A stretch of DNA of 55,329 nucleotides, taken from positions 1 through 55,329 of IMG/VR virus record IMGVR_UViG_3300005077_000053; one strand, given 5' to 3'. The position numbers were made by a program, and so were the translations under genes. Source of the stretch: a virus (Duplodnaviria > Caudoviricetes). This document shows, piece after piece, positions 9,176 through 20,600 of this stretch (within the stretch, counting starts at the first letter, position 1; each line of letters opens with the position of its first letter). The notes beneath the pieces were generated by a model. That model was not told where the DNA came from. It ran no database searches and worked only from the letters and a program-made list of their open reading frames with translations.

Positions 9176-9251
9176 TGTCTCGCTTAGTTAATTTATAACT
9201 AAAGGATTTAGAGTCTAAAGGGTATTATGTATGTCTTTTAGACTTTTTTTT
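9173..9251 (+). promoter_or_regulatory. Structured element, copy 2 (GTCTCGC-hairpin-AGGATT-terminator-like hairpin)
   Basis: Stems ttagtta/taactaa and agtctaaagggta/tgtcttttagact, then a T run directly before the tape-measure SD. Confidence 0.5.
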
Positions 9252-9262
9252 ATGGAGATAAA

Positions 9263-11875
9263 ATGGATATAACAACACAACGTGATAAACGTGCAATGGA
9301 ATCTGCTGTTAATGCTGGCGTTGATAAAGCATTAAAGAAAAATAAGAAAAATTTAACACCAGATTCTACTCAAATTTTTGATAGTAATGATTTTGAAAAA
9401 AGTATTGAGAAGGGGTTTAAAAAAGGGTTTGAATTATCTAATAGATTATTAGCAGCTAGAACAGAATTAGCAAATGCTGAATTATCACGAAATATTAAAG
9501 ATGGATTTAGAGCTGTAGGAAGTGAAATAACTGGAAGATTTTCTGATGCTTTAGATTCTTCTCAAATGCAGATGATAAGATTAGCAGGAACAATATTCAA
9601 ATCTGCTGGAAGTGTAATTACAGCTCCTATTAAAGCAACTAAAGCATTTGTAAAAGGAGAAGCTAGTTTTCCTAAATTACAAGCAGGAGGGCAAATTGGA
9701 AGAGGAGGTTTAGCTGAATTACACCCTGCTGAAGTTATATCTCCAGCTCCTCATGTTAAAAAAATTGAAGAATTAGGTATAGAACAAAATTTAAAATTAG
9801 AAGAAATTGATCAACATTTAAATGAACCTAATATTGCAAAAGATATAATGAGAGGATTAAATAAATCTGTAATAAAAACACATATGATAGAATTATCTGG
9901 TAGAGCTGAAGAATTAGATATTGATAGAAATAGATTATTAGGTAGAATGTCTGAACCTTTATCATGGATTAAAAAATTAACTGAAAAAATTTGGGTATTT
10001 AATAAACTTGGTGAATGGCGTGATAGAAAAAAATCTGAAAAAGTAGCAAGATTATCTACTGAAGCAAAAAAAGAACAAATTAGAACCGCAGATAATGTTT
10101 ATTCATTAGGTCTATTAATGATTAAAATATATGATTTATTACAATCTAGATATGATACTGAAGATAAATATAGATCTGAAGATTTAAAAGCCCAATTTAG
10201 AGGAAAAGAAAAACAATCAATGGGCAAATTAGGTTTTTTAGGATTATTATTAGGTGTATTTGCTAAAACTATTACTGCCCCATTTGAAGCTATTATTAAT
10301 ACTTTTTCATATGTAAAAAAGAAAATAAAAAGTATTACATTCATTAAAGATTTTTTCGATTTTCTAGGAAAAATATCATCAAGTGTAATTGCAATTAGAA
10401 ATCAGGGATTATTACAAGGAATAATGAAAATTGAATCTATATTTAATTTTTTAGGAAAAATTCCTGTAATAGGTAAGGCATTATTAGGGTTTAAAGAAGG
10501 TGTTATTGATATATTTATTAAAGGTGTATTAGGTTTTAATAAATTTATGATTGGGGTACAAAAAGTATTTAAGATATTTACCCCAATAATTGAAGGAATT
10601 AATAAATTATTTAGTTGGGGTTCCAAAGGTATATCATTTATAGGAGAAATATTAGCTAAAATTCCAGGATTTACTAAATTATTAAAATTTATTGGGGTCG
10701 GATTTAAAGTATTAGGTTGGCCTTTTACGATTTTAATGGGATTGATAGATTTTGTTAAAGGATTTATGAATTCAAACGGTGATATATTAGATAAACTCAA
10801 ATCTGGATTATATTCTGCTATTATGGGCTTTGTTGAAGCCCCAATTTTATTAATAGGAACAATAACAGATTGGGTATTAAAATTATTTGGAATTGACGGA
10901 CCAGAAGGTGGAAGTGCTAAAGTAATATTAGAAAAAGTAAAATCTGGTATTAATATTGCTTTAGATATTATATTATGGCCATTTAGAGAAATTGGAGAAT
11001 TTTTTAATTGGATAGAAGAAAAGTCTGATTTAAAAAGTATTTCTCAAGAAATTGATGGAGAAACTGGAGAATCTAAAACTATATTTGAACGTATAACTAG
11101 ATTTTTATTAGGTGCATTAGAAATATTAAAAATACCTTTTAAAATTATATCAAATACAATAGATTGGGTTTTTGGTAATAGAAGTTTTGCAGATATATTT
11201 GTTGATACTGATAAAATTAAAGAATATTTATTAAGTGCACTTGATATATTAAAATGGCCATTTCAAATGATTGGAAATGCTATAGATTGGTTATTTGGTA
11301 ATAAAGAAAAAATTAAAATCGGGAATGAAAAAAGTTTTATAGATAGTATATTTGAAAAAATTGGTCAAGTAGTTGAAGCAATAAAACAGTGGATATTTGA
11401 TCATATACCTGGGGTTGAAACTATAACTGGGGTATTATCATCTGCTAAGAATATTGCAGGAAATATAATTGATACAGGAAAAGGTTTATTTAATAGTGGA
11501 AAAGAAATTGTTGGAAATGCTGTATCTGGAGCTACAGATTGGATAAAAGGATTATTTGGATCTGCTCCTGATGTAAAACAAAAATCTGTTGATATTGTTC
11601 AATCTGTTGGTAATAAAGGATCACAAATTGGAGCATTGACTACTGAAATAGTAAAACAAAAAGCTTCAGCATTAATAGATGAAGCAAAACGTCAATCAGA
11701 AATGATTAATGGTCAAAAATTAGGAATTAATAAATTAAATGAATTTATGGGTCAACAAGGTCAGAATATTTCATCATTTGCTAATTCTATTTCTAATTCT
11801 GTAAGTAGAGAAAAAGAAGCTCCTGATGAATTAGATAATTTTGGAATTTTAATGCAAAATTATGTAATGACATAA
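9263..11875 (+). CDS. Tape measure-like protein
   Basis: 870 aa, helical and amphipathic, with ALDILxWPF..I...IDW repeats and a GG.IG..GLAELHPAEV motif. Follows the chaperone frameshift pair. Confidence 0.75.
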   Translation: MDITTQRDKRAMESAVNAGVDKALKKNKKNLTPDSTQIFDSNDFEKSIEKGFKKGFELSNRLLAARTELANAELSRNIKDGFRAVGSEITGRFSDALDSSQMQMIRLAGTIFKSAGSVITAPIKATKAFVKGEASFPKLQAGGQIGRGGLAELHPAEVISPAPHVKKIEELGIEQNLKLEEIDQHLNEPNIAKDIMRGLNKSVIKTHMIELSGRAEELDIDRNRLLGRMSEPLSWIKKLTEKIWVFNKLGEWRDRKKSEKVARLSTEAKKEQIRTADNVYSLGLLMIKIYDLLQSRYDTEDKYRSEDLKAQFRGKEKQSMGKLGFLGLLLGVFAKTITAPFEAIINTFSYVKKKIKSITFIKDFFDFLGKISSSVIAIRNQGLLQGIMKIESIFNFLGKIPVIGKALLGFKEGVIDIFIKGVLGFNKFMIGVQKVFKIFTPIIEGINKLFSWGSKGISFIGEILAKIPGFTKLLKFIGVGFKVLGWPFTILMGLIDFVKGFMNSNGDILDKLKSGLYSAIMGFVEAPILLIGTITDWVLKLFGIDGPEGGSAKVILEKVKSGINIALDIILWPFREIGEFFNWIEEKSDLKSISQEIDGETGESKTIFERITRFLLGALEILKIPFKIISNTIDWVFGNRSFADIFVDTDKIKEYLLSALDILKWPFQMIGNAIDWLFGNKEKIKIGNEKSFIDSIFEKIGQVVEAIKQWIFDHIPGVETITGVLSSAKNIAGNIIDTGKGLFNSGKEIVGNAVSGATDWIKGLFGSAPDVKQKSVDIVQSVGNKGSQIGALTTEIVKQKASALIDEAKRQSEMINGQKLGINKLNEFMGQQGQNISSFANSISNSVSREKEAPDELDNFGILMQNYVMT

Positions 11876-11889
11876 CAAAGGAATAAAAA

Positions 11890-12627
11890 ATGGCAACATA
11901 TAAACACCCAAGTGTAGAACCGTGGTCAGAATTAAAAGCATTATGGATTATATTTACTCCTGCAAAAATAAAAAAACAAGCTTCGTTATATATAGGAACT
12001 GGGAGTATTGAATTAGAGGAAGGAGGTGGACCAACAATAGAATTAATGGCCCCAAGACAAATTGCTGAATCTATTGGTCATGATTGGGAACCATATGATA
12101 CTATTGCTTCTAGAGTTTCACAAGCATTAGGTAAAGGTATACAAGATGTTGAACAATTTAAAAATATTGGAACTGGTATTCTTAATGCTGCTAAAAATAA
12201 AAGTATTGCCGGATCTGTTCCTGCTACACCAAATCCAACTAGAGTTGATGCTCCATTAATGTATATAAATTCTAGAAGAAGAGAATATACATTTGATTTT
12301 GAATTAATGGCTAGTGGTGGAAATTCAGATACTAATATAGTAGAAATTGTTAGACAATTTGAAACTATGTCATGCCCAGGATTTCAAAATGGTATTCAAA
12401 TAGAACAACCATATGTTTTTAAAATATCAACAAGACCAAGTGGATTTTTAAATTTAAAAGCAGCAGCGTTAACTGCAGTACAACCTACATATCATAGTGA
12501 ATATATATATAATGATACAGTTTTACCAGATAAAATAGATTTATCATTAACATTTATTGAAATTGCTCCATTATTTAGAAGTAATTTTTCAGAAGAGAAT
12601 ACAACAATTAGAACAACATTAACATAA
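11890..12627 (+). CDS. Baseplate tube cap/initiator, gp48-like
   Basis: RREYTFDFEL, ALTAVQPTY, IDLSLTFIEI tube-fold motifs; synteny. Confidence 0.65.
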   Translation: MATYKHPSVEPWSELKALWIIFTPAKIKKQASLYIGTGSIELEEGGGPTIELMAPRQIAESIGHDWEPYDTIASRVSQALGKGIQDVEQFKNIGTGILNAAKNKSIAGSVPATPNPTRVDAPLMYINSRRREYTFDFELMASGGNSDTNIVEIVRQFETMSCPGFQNGIQIEQPYVFKISTRPSGFLNLKAAALTAVQPTYHSEYIYNDTVLPDKIDLSLTFIEIAPLFRSNFSEENTTIRTTLT

Positions 12628-12639
12628 AGGAATTAAAAA

Positions 12640-13032
12640 ATGAGTAATGTATCACCTGTTAAAGAAGTAACACAATCATATTATGAAATTAAAAAGAAAA
12701 GATTATCTACATCTTCTCAATTAAATTTATTTAATATATTAGAAGGAGTTGATAAAGTTAAATTTATGAATATATTTAGATTTCATTCTATTAATTCTGA
12801 TATATTAAATGATTCATTAAATTATTATGTTCATGATGTTGGAGAAGATGAATGGTTGGATACTATTGCTAATAAATATTACGGGAGTACTAGATTATGG
12901 TGGATTATTCCTTTATTTAATTATGAAATTAATCCATTTGAAATGTTAACACCTGGATCTCAATTAAAAGTGTTAAGATCTGAATATATTTATCAAGTGT
13001 TAAAAGATATTGAAAAGATTAAGAATTTATAG
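12640..13032 (+). CDS. gp53: Baseplate wedge LysM-like protein, gp53-like
   Basis: DTIANKYYGSTRLWWIIPLFN motif. Confidence 0.8.
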   Translation: MSNVSPVKEVTQSYYEIKKKRLSTSSQLNLFNILEGVDKVKFMNIFRFHSINSDILNDSLNYYVHDVGEDEWLDTIANKYYGSTRLWWIIPLFNYEINPFEMLTPGSQLKVLRSEYIYQVLKDIEKIKNL

Positions 13033-13041
13033 GAGTTTTAA

Positions 13042-14376
13042 ATGTCATCAGAGTGGGATTATATAAATGATGAAATTAGTACTTCAGAACATACTAAAGA
13101 TTTTTCTGTTCAAATAATGACTGCAAATGGTATTATTCTTTTAGATAATAGAAATATTATACAAGCGTATATAATTGAAGATATATATTCATTTTGTATG
13201 ACTGGAAAAATTAAGTTTTATGATTTACAAGGTATTGCTGAATATGGACCGTTTACTGGAGTAGAACGTATTCAATTTATATTTGGGAATCAAGAAGAAG
13301 AAGGGTCATTTGAAAAACGAGTTGTATTTGATATATATAAAATTCAAAAAGCAACTGGGTCATTAGGAATAGAAACAGAAAGTACTCCTGTATTTGAATT
13401 AATATTTACAGAACCATTATTTAAAAGATTAACACAACAAAGATTTAGTAAAGCATATAATTATAATAATATTTTAATAACCGATATTATTCAAGATATT
13501 TTAATTAATATATGTGATCTTGATGAAATAGAATTAGGTGATATTGAAGAATCTAAAACTAAGTTAAGAAATTTTTATATACCATATTGGACCCCGGCCC
13601 AAGCATTAAAATGGTTAATTAGTAGAGCAAATGGTAAAGAAACAGGTCAACCTGGGTATTTATTATATCAAAATACGAAAGGACAAGATGTTAATACGGT
13701 TAAAGTAAATATTGTTACTTTAGAAAAATTATTTAGAAAAGAATCCATTGCTCCTAATATTATGTATTTATTTGAAGATCCTAATCCTTATTATAGAAAT
13801 AAGATAACCTCTTGGAAAAAAGAGGGATTAGATCAAATGTCATATAAAGATATAGCTGGTGGACAAAGAATTGGGTTTAATAGTTTACAAAAGAAAATTC
13901 TTAGAAGTAATTTTAGTTATAAAGATGCATTTGATAATAGATTTACTGTATTAGGTAATAAAACATTATTTTATGATTTATCTGAAGATATATTTAAAAA
14001 AAATGAAACACAAACACCGATTAATCCTACAATAATTGATTATACTGGAATAAATAATGATGAAAGGTTAGAAGCATTTAATTATTCTAAATTTATTAAA
14101 CGGTATTCATTACAACAAAGTGTAAGTATAATTGTACCTGGATATGAGGATCGTAAAGCGGGTGATATGATAGATATAATGTGGCCAACTGCTGTGAAAG
14201 ATGGAACAGAAGTATATAATAAGAATTTATCAGGAAATTGGTTGGTTAAATCTGTAATATGGCAATATAATCCAGGTAGTCCCCCATTTACTCAAAAAAT
14301 GGTATTATTGAAAAATGGGTATACTAGACCAGATATAGATTTATATCCTGCTACATTAAAAAATACATTTGCTTAA
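13042..14376 (+). CDS. Baseplate hub protein, gp27-like
   Basis: EDIYSFCMTG, IPYWTP, VPG...KAGD.I, LSGNWLV. Precedes the spike gene. Confidence 0.7.
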   Translation: MSSEWDYINDEISTSEHTKDFSVQIMTANGIILLDNRNIIQAYIIEDIYSFCMTGKIKFYDLQGIAEYGPFTGVERIQFIFGNQEEEGSFEKRVVFDIYKIQKATGSLGIETESTPVFELIFTEPLFKRLTQQRFSKAYNYNNILITDIIQDILINICDLDEIELGDIEESKTKLRNFYIPYWTPAQALKWLISRANGKETGQPGYLLYQNTKGQDVNTVKVNIVTLEKLFRKESIAPNIMYLFEDPNPYYRNKITSWKKEGLDQMSYKDIAGGQRIGFNSLQKKILRSNFSYKDAFDNRFTVLGNKTLFYDLSEDIFKKNETQTPINPTIIDYTGINNDERLEAFNYSKFIKRYSLQQSVSIIVPGYEDRKAGDMIDIMWPTAVKDGTEVYNKNLSGNWLVKSVIWQYNPGSPPFTQKMVLLKNGYTRPDIDLYPATLKNTFA

Positions 14377-14388
14377 AGAAGGTAATAT

Positions 14389-15426
14389 ATGATTAAAAAT
14401 CCATTATCAGATTTTCAACAATCACCAGAAAAAATATATGGGATATGGAGAGGGTGTGTAGAAGATAATAAAGATCCTAAAAGATTAGGTAGATGTAGAA
14501 TAAGAGTTTTAGGATTACATACTGAAGTATTAGAAGAAGAGAAAAAACATGGAGTACCTGTTAAAAATTTAATATGGGCAGAACCTGTAATGCCAATAAG
14601 TGAAGGGGCTGTATCTGGATATGGAATATGGTCAGTTCCTTTACAAGGTAGTTGGGTATATGTATTTTTTGAAAATGGAGAATTAATGTCTCCTAGATAT
14701 TTTGGATCATCTCCAGGAATACCAATTGAAGGTCCATTAGAAGGAATTGGATTTAATGATCCAGATTTACAATATCCTGAAGAAGGAAAATTAAATTTAC
14801 CAGATTCACCTAGAGAGTTTTATGATTATTATATAGAAGAAAATATAGATGATTTAGATTTATTAGAAGATATGGAATTTTTTGAACCTCCTGAAATTCC
14901 AGGAGGTGGACCAGAAAATTCATATATTTCAGTTATTAATGAATCTTTAATAATAGTAGAAGACGCAGAATGTGGAATATTATGGGAAGAACCGAATGCA
15001 TATTGGGCTACAGAATATCCTCATAATTTTATGATTTCTGTTCATGGAGGATTATCTATTGAATTAGATTCAACCCCAGATAATAGAAGATTAACAATAT
15101 ATCACCCATCAAATTCTAGAATAGAAATAAATGAAAGTGGTGATATGGTAATGAAAAATACGGGAACTAGATATGATATATTTGGAGCTTATAATGGGTA
15201 TGCAAGTGAAGGGTTTACATTAAGATCAGATATTGAGATTAAATTATCGGCTCCTATTATATCATTATGTGGTGAAGTAATAGGTGGAGGAGTAGGATTT
15301 AGTGAAGATACTACTGAAATAGAAAATAAAAATGTAGATATTAATGGAGATGTTGTAACAATTACAGCAAACGAAATACATTTAAACGGAACAGTATTTA
15401 TTAATGGATCAGAATACATTCCATGA
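14389..15426 (+). CDS. gp5: Baseplate central spike, gp5-like (OB fold and short beta-helix, no lysozyme domain seen)
   Basis: GCVEDNKDPKRLGRCRIRVLGLH, GSWVYVFF, YPHN, ELDSTPDNRR. Confidence 0.85.
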   Translation: MIKNPLSDFQQSPEKIYGIWRGCVEDNKDPKRLGRCRIRVLGLHTEVLEEEKKHGVPVKNLIWAEPVMPISEGAVSGYGIWSVPLQGSWVYVFFENGELMSPRYFGSSPGIPIEGPLEGIGFNDPDLQYPEEGKLNLPDSPREFYDYYIEENIDDLDLLEDMEFFEPPEIPGGGPENSYISVINESLIIVEDAECGILWEEPNAYWATEYPHNFMISVHGGLSIELDSTPDNRRLTIYHPSNSRIEINESGDMVMKNTGTRYDIFGAYNGYASEGFTLRSDIEIKLSAPIISLCGEVIGGGVGFSEDTTEIENKNVDINGDVVTITANEIHLNGTVFINGSEYIP

Positions 15427-15457
15427 TAAATAAATATATAAAAGGAAAATATAAATT

Positions 15458-15835
15458 ATGCCATGGTCAGATTTTAATATAGAATTAACAACACAAACAG
15501 ATGGTGATATAGAAAGAAATACTGATATATATTCTATTAAAAATTCGTTAACTAATATTGTTAATACATTAAAAGGTTCTAGAAGAATGTTACCTGAATT
15601 TGCAGTTAATGTTCAAAAATTATTATTTGAACCGATTACACAAGATACAGCTTATGAATTAGGGCAAACATTATTATCTGGGATAAGAACATGGGATAAT
15701 AGAGTTAAAATTGATGATATATTAGTAAATGGTATAATTGATGAAAATATGTATGAATGTAATGTTAATTTTACTATCGTTACACCTAATGGAGAAGTTA
15801 ACGATTCAATACAATTTATTTTAAAACAACAATAA
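15458..15835 (+). CDS. gp25: Baseplate wedge protein, gp25-like
   Basis: SIKNSLTNIVNT..GSR.MLPEF, LLFEP, WDNRV. Confidence 0.85.
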   Translation: MPWSDFNIELTTQTDGDIERNTDIYSIKNSLTNIVNTLKGSRRMLPEFAVNVQKLLFEPITQDTAYELGQTLLSGIRTWDNRVKIDDILVNGIIDENMYECNVNFTIVTPNGEVNDSIQFILKQQ

Positions 15836-15847
15836 TGGAGTAAAGGA

Positions 15848-17599
15848 ATGGCTCTTTCAGATCTAGATTATTTACAAATAGATTTTGATACATTAGTAGA
15901 TAAATTAAAAACAGAAATACAAAATGATGGTGTATTTTATGATGTTAATTATGAAGGTTCTAATATTAGAACATTAATAGAATTATTAGCATATATTGGC
16001 GAATTAAATACATATTGGATTAATAAAATAGCAAAAAATATGTATGAAGAAACATCTGATATTTATGAAACTTCTCATATGTTGGCTAAACAAAAAGGTT
16101 ATGATCCTAAAGGTCCTAGATCATCTCAAGGAACAGCAACGATAACTATTAATAATAGAAATAGTGAATTACATATTGGTGATCAATTATATGTTCCTGC
16201 ATGGAGAGAATTAGCATCAACAGAAAAATATGACGGAGTAACTATTATATTTTCTACAACTACATCGATAACCCATACCGTTGCATCCTCTGGATTTAGT
16301 TCTTCTCCTACAAGTGGATCTTATTCATTTAATATACCAATTAGGCAGGGTATTGTAATAGAATATAATACATTAACGGGAGATGATATTGTAGATTATG
16401 AAATTTTATTACCATCTAGAAAGTTTGCATATGATGATAATATAGATGATGAATATCCTTCAATTCAATTATCTGTTAATGATGAAAATTGGGAAAGAGT
16501 AAGTAATTTTTATGATGATATGTCTGGATTATCTGGAAATAATCAAAATATATTTAAATTCGAATATGATAAGTATAAAAGAAATAAAATAGTATTTTCA
16601 TCGAGTGCTAATATTCCACAAGATACAGATGAAATAAATATTACAGTATTGGAATCATTAGGCGCTAATGGTAATATTGGAGCTAATAGAATATCATCAA
16701 TTGATGATGATTCAGTTTATAATATTACAACAGGTGTATATATTGATAATCAAAATATTTCTGTTACTAATCCTAGTGCTACTGATGGGGGTGCAGATGC
16801 AGAAACATTAGCAGATATTAGATTAAATTCTAGATTATCATTACATTCTCAATTTAGAAATGTATCTAAATTAGATTATATTGCGGCATTAACTGCTAGG
16901 TCTGATATAAATGGAGCAAATGCTTGGGGTGAAATGGAAATTGCTCCTAGTGCTGGGGATACTAGAGAATATCATAAAGTATATTTATCAATTATCCCAG
17001 ATACATGGAGTTCATCTACAATTAATTATGGAGATTCAATTTTAACAAGAACAGTTAATTCTACCCCATTAACAGCATCTATTATTACTCCTACTTCATA
17101 TTCTGAAATATTTAAAAGTAATATTTCTACTGCAATAGAAACTAAAAAGATGTTAAATCAATACGAATTATTTGTTGTTCCTACATTAGTATATTTTTAT
17201 ATTGATTTTGAATTAAAAGTAAAAAGATTATATGAATTTACACAAGTTAAAAATGCTATATTAGATAAATTAGAATATTATTTTCAATCATCTAATAGAT
17301 CTTTCGGAGAAACAATAGATTTTATGAAAATTCAAGAATATATTTTAGATAGTTCTGAAATTTCTCCAAATGATAATTTTACAGATATAAATGGAATATT
17401 AAGTTTAGAAGTTCGTGATATAGATACAAATGTAACAATATATGAACCAAATACTTCATTTAGTCCTAGATATTACCCACAATATACTACTAATTCAACA
17501 TATTGGCAGGGTGATAATAAATTAAGAAGAATTAAATTAGATAATAATCAGTTTCCAATGTTATTAAAAAATTTATGTGTAGTATATGTAGCACCATAA
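15848..17599 (+). CDS. gp6: Baseplate wedge protein, gp6-like
   Basis: DFD...YEGSNIRTLIELLAY, AKQKGYDP, GANGN, GGADAET. Confidence 0.85.
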   Translation: MALSDLDYLQIDFDTLVDKLKTEIQNDGVFYDVNYEGSNIRTLIELLAYIGELNTYWINKIAKNMYEETSDIYETSHMLAKQKGYDPKGPRSSQGTATITINNRNSELHIGDQLYVPAWRELASTEKYDGVTIIFSTTTSITHTVASSGFSSSPTSGSYSFNIPIRQGIVIEYNTLTGDDIVDYEILLPSRKFAYDDNIDDEYPSIQLSVNDENWERVSNFYDDMSGLSGNNQNIFKFEYDKYKRNKIVFSSSANIPQDTDEINITVLESLGANGNIGANRISSIDDDSVYNITTGVYIDNQNISVTNPSATDGGADAETLADIRLNSRLSLHSQFRNVSKLDYIAALTARSDINGANAWGEMEIAPSAGDTREYHKVYLSIIPDTWSSSTINYGDSILTRTVNSTPLTASIITPTSYSEIFKSNISTAIETKKMLNQYELFVVPTLVYFYIDFELKVKRLYEFTQVKNAILDKLEYYFQSSNRSFGETIDFMKIQEYILDSSEISPNDNFTDINGILSLEVRDIDTNVTIYEPNTSFSPRYYPQYTTNSTYWQGDNKLRRIKLDNNQFPMLLKNLCVVYVAP

Positions 17600-17608
17600 G
17601 GGAGAATA

Positions 17609-20600
17609 ATGTCTAAATTTACAGATATACCATATTATATATTAAAAGAATATTTTGAATTAATAGCAGATAATACTAATCCTGCTACTGGAACAATGCT
17701 TCGCGGACCAAATATGTTTGCTATGACAGAAGGTGGTGCATATACAGAAGCATTTGTAAAAATAGATGATGAATATTTAAAAATTAAATTATTATTAAAT
17801 TCACCAGTAATTGATGATAATTTCTTTAATTTTATTTTACATAGTGTAGAATCTATGATTGTAGATCCACCTTCAGCAGGTACATTTTTATCAGGTAGTG
17901 AAATCTTTTTAAGAGAAGATAGTTATTTTCATACTTGGTATAAAAAGAAAACTGAAGATGAAAGTTATATAAATACTGAGAAATTTTTTACATATTTAGG
18001 AAAAATATACAATAGATTTTCATCAACCGATGAAGAATATGCTATTGAATTTTACGGAATTAAAGATTTTGCAACAAATGCTTTACCTGTTCACCAACAA
18101 ACAGATAAAATAAAACAATTAAACTACTTATTCTTTGATAAAATTTATACTGAAATATATAATAGAGCAAAAGACCTATTTTCATTATTAGATCCTATGG
18201 AAATAGATATTAATTGGTTATGGTATTTTGCTAAAATGTATTATATTACATTAAATGATTCTTTATCAAATGATAGAAAACGAGAATTTGCTAGAGATAT
18301 TGTACATTTCTTAAAACGAAAAGGAACATTTACTTCTGTTTATATTATTTGGTATTTATTAGCCTTAGGTACTTTAAATAGATTGAATATATATGAAAGG
18401 TGGCATCCTAAAAATATTTCTGGGGATCCTACTAATTATTTTCAAGATCATTTATACCAATCATATTATGATTCATCTATAGATATGAATGAAAATACTA
18501 CTGCAGGTGAAAAATTTTACAATTATTATTATAATAAAAGTAATTATCCTAATCCATTAGCTGAAGTAATTGATCAATATACAATGTTAATAAATCATGG
18601 ATTAAATAGTGAAAATTTAATTATACAAATATATGATGAAAATTATGAAAAAGTATATCCAATTTCTATAACATTTATTGATTCAAATAATTGTTTAGTA
18701 GAAACAAGCGGATTAGAAAATAAAAAATACTTTTTAGCAGGAATTGCAGATTATACTGAAACAATATCAGGAACACAATTTACAATTCATCATAATTTAA
18801 ATGTTGATGATATTTTAATACAATGTACGGATTCATTAACTAAAAAAATATTAGTTCCTAATATTATTACTAAAGTAAATAATAATAATGTAATTCTTTC
18901 ATTTAGTAGTGCCGTTAATGTAAAAGTTTGTATTGCATCTGCTAATAATGCCGGTCAATTTATAAGTACAACAGATTCGACATTTACACATAATTTAGAT
19001 AGTGATGCAATATTAGCAGATACATGGGCATGGTCTATTTCTGGATCTACAACTGCTTCATCAAGTGCATCCCCTTCTGGGGCAGGATCTTCATTAATAA
19101 GAATGGACCCATTAACTATTGATTGTATTGATAAAAATAATGTTAATATATTATTTGATTCTGCCCAATCTGGTAGATTAGCAATGTTAAAACCAGATTT
19201 TATGACAGAATTTACTGAAAATTCATTAATATTAACACCACATTATAGAGTTGAATTAGATCTTTCTGGAGATATATTAGAATATAATTATACAAATACA
19301 AGTAATAATAAAGTAATTGGAGAAGATTTAATAACAGATTTAAGATATAATTGGGAATTAATTCGTCCTATTAATAGATATTCACATTTTAATTATCTAT
19401 TACGATTAAATAGTGATTTAAGTGGAAATCCAATAGCTACATATCAATCACCATATGAAAACGAATCAACTACTAAATATACTAAAGCTGAAACAAATAT
19501 TGGAGCAATAACCGGATCTTATATTTTCCAACAATTAACAAAATCTTCAACTTGGACAATAGATCATATGTTAGATTCAAATGATATTATTATCCAATGT
19601 TTTAATGAAAACTTTAAATTACTTAATCCTTCTGATATTATTACTACATCTAGAAATAGAACAACAATTTCTTTTAGTGAACCAGAAGCAGGGTGGGCAT
19701 TTTTACTAAAATCTAACTATAATATATATGCAATTAGTAATATTATTGAACATAATTTAGGATCCTTTAATATAATTGTTCAATGTATTGATGAAAATGG
19801 TGAAAATATAGATTTACATGATATAGAATTATTAACAATTAATACTTGTAAATTAATAACAGATGATGTAGGAGAATTTAAAACTGTTATTAAGGAAGGA
19901 GATTATACTGAAAATAAAACAGGAGAACAATTTACTATTACTCATGGGTTAGGAACAACAAATGTATTAGTTCAATGTTATGATGCTGTTACAAATCATT
20001 GGGTAACTCCTAGTGTAATTAAATATACTTCCAATAATGATGTATATATAAGATTTGATACTTATAAAAATGTAAATGTAAACATAGCAATCGGAGAAGA
20101 TAATCAAACATTTAGTGGAGTTAGTACAACAACGTTAAATCATGGATTTAACAAAGAAGCAGCAATAACACAAGTATATAGATCAGATAGTCCAAGTACA
20201 TCTGGATCAATATTTACTCCATTATCAATAATTAATATTGATGAAAATAATACTAAAGCTACATTTTCAACTACAGAAACGGGTAATATTATATGTGGAG
20301 ACCCAGATTTTATAGAAGAAATTAATTCTTGGACAATTGAACATTTAATAGGAAATAAATATGTTATTTCTCAATATGATTCTATAGATGTCGATAGAGC
20401 TAAATTTACTCCTAGAAATGTATTATTAGATGATTTAAATACTATTGAAGCATCATTGACAGAACCAGTATCTGGATATGCATTAGTAGAAGAAATTGAT
20501 TATAGATATGAAATACCTACTGCTGAATCTACATGGGTAATGCAACATAATTTAGGCTTTTTTGCTAATATTGTTCAATTTTTTGATAGTGATGATAATG

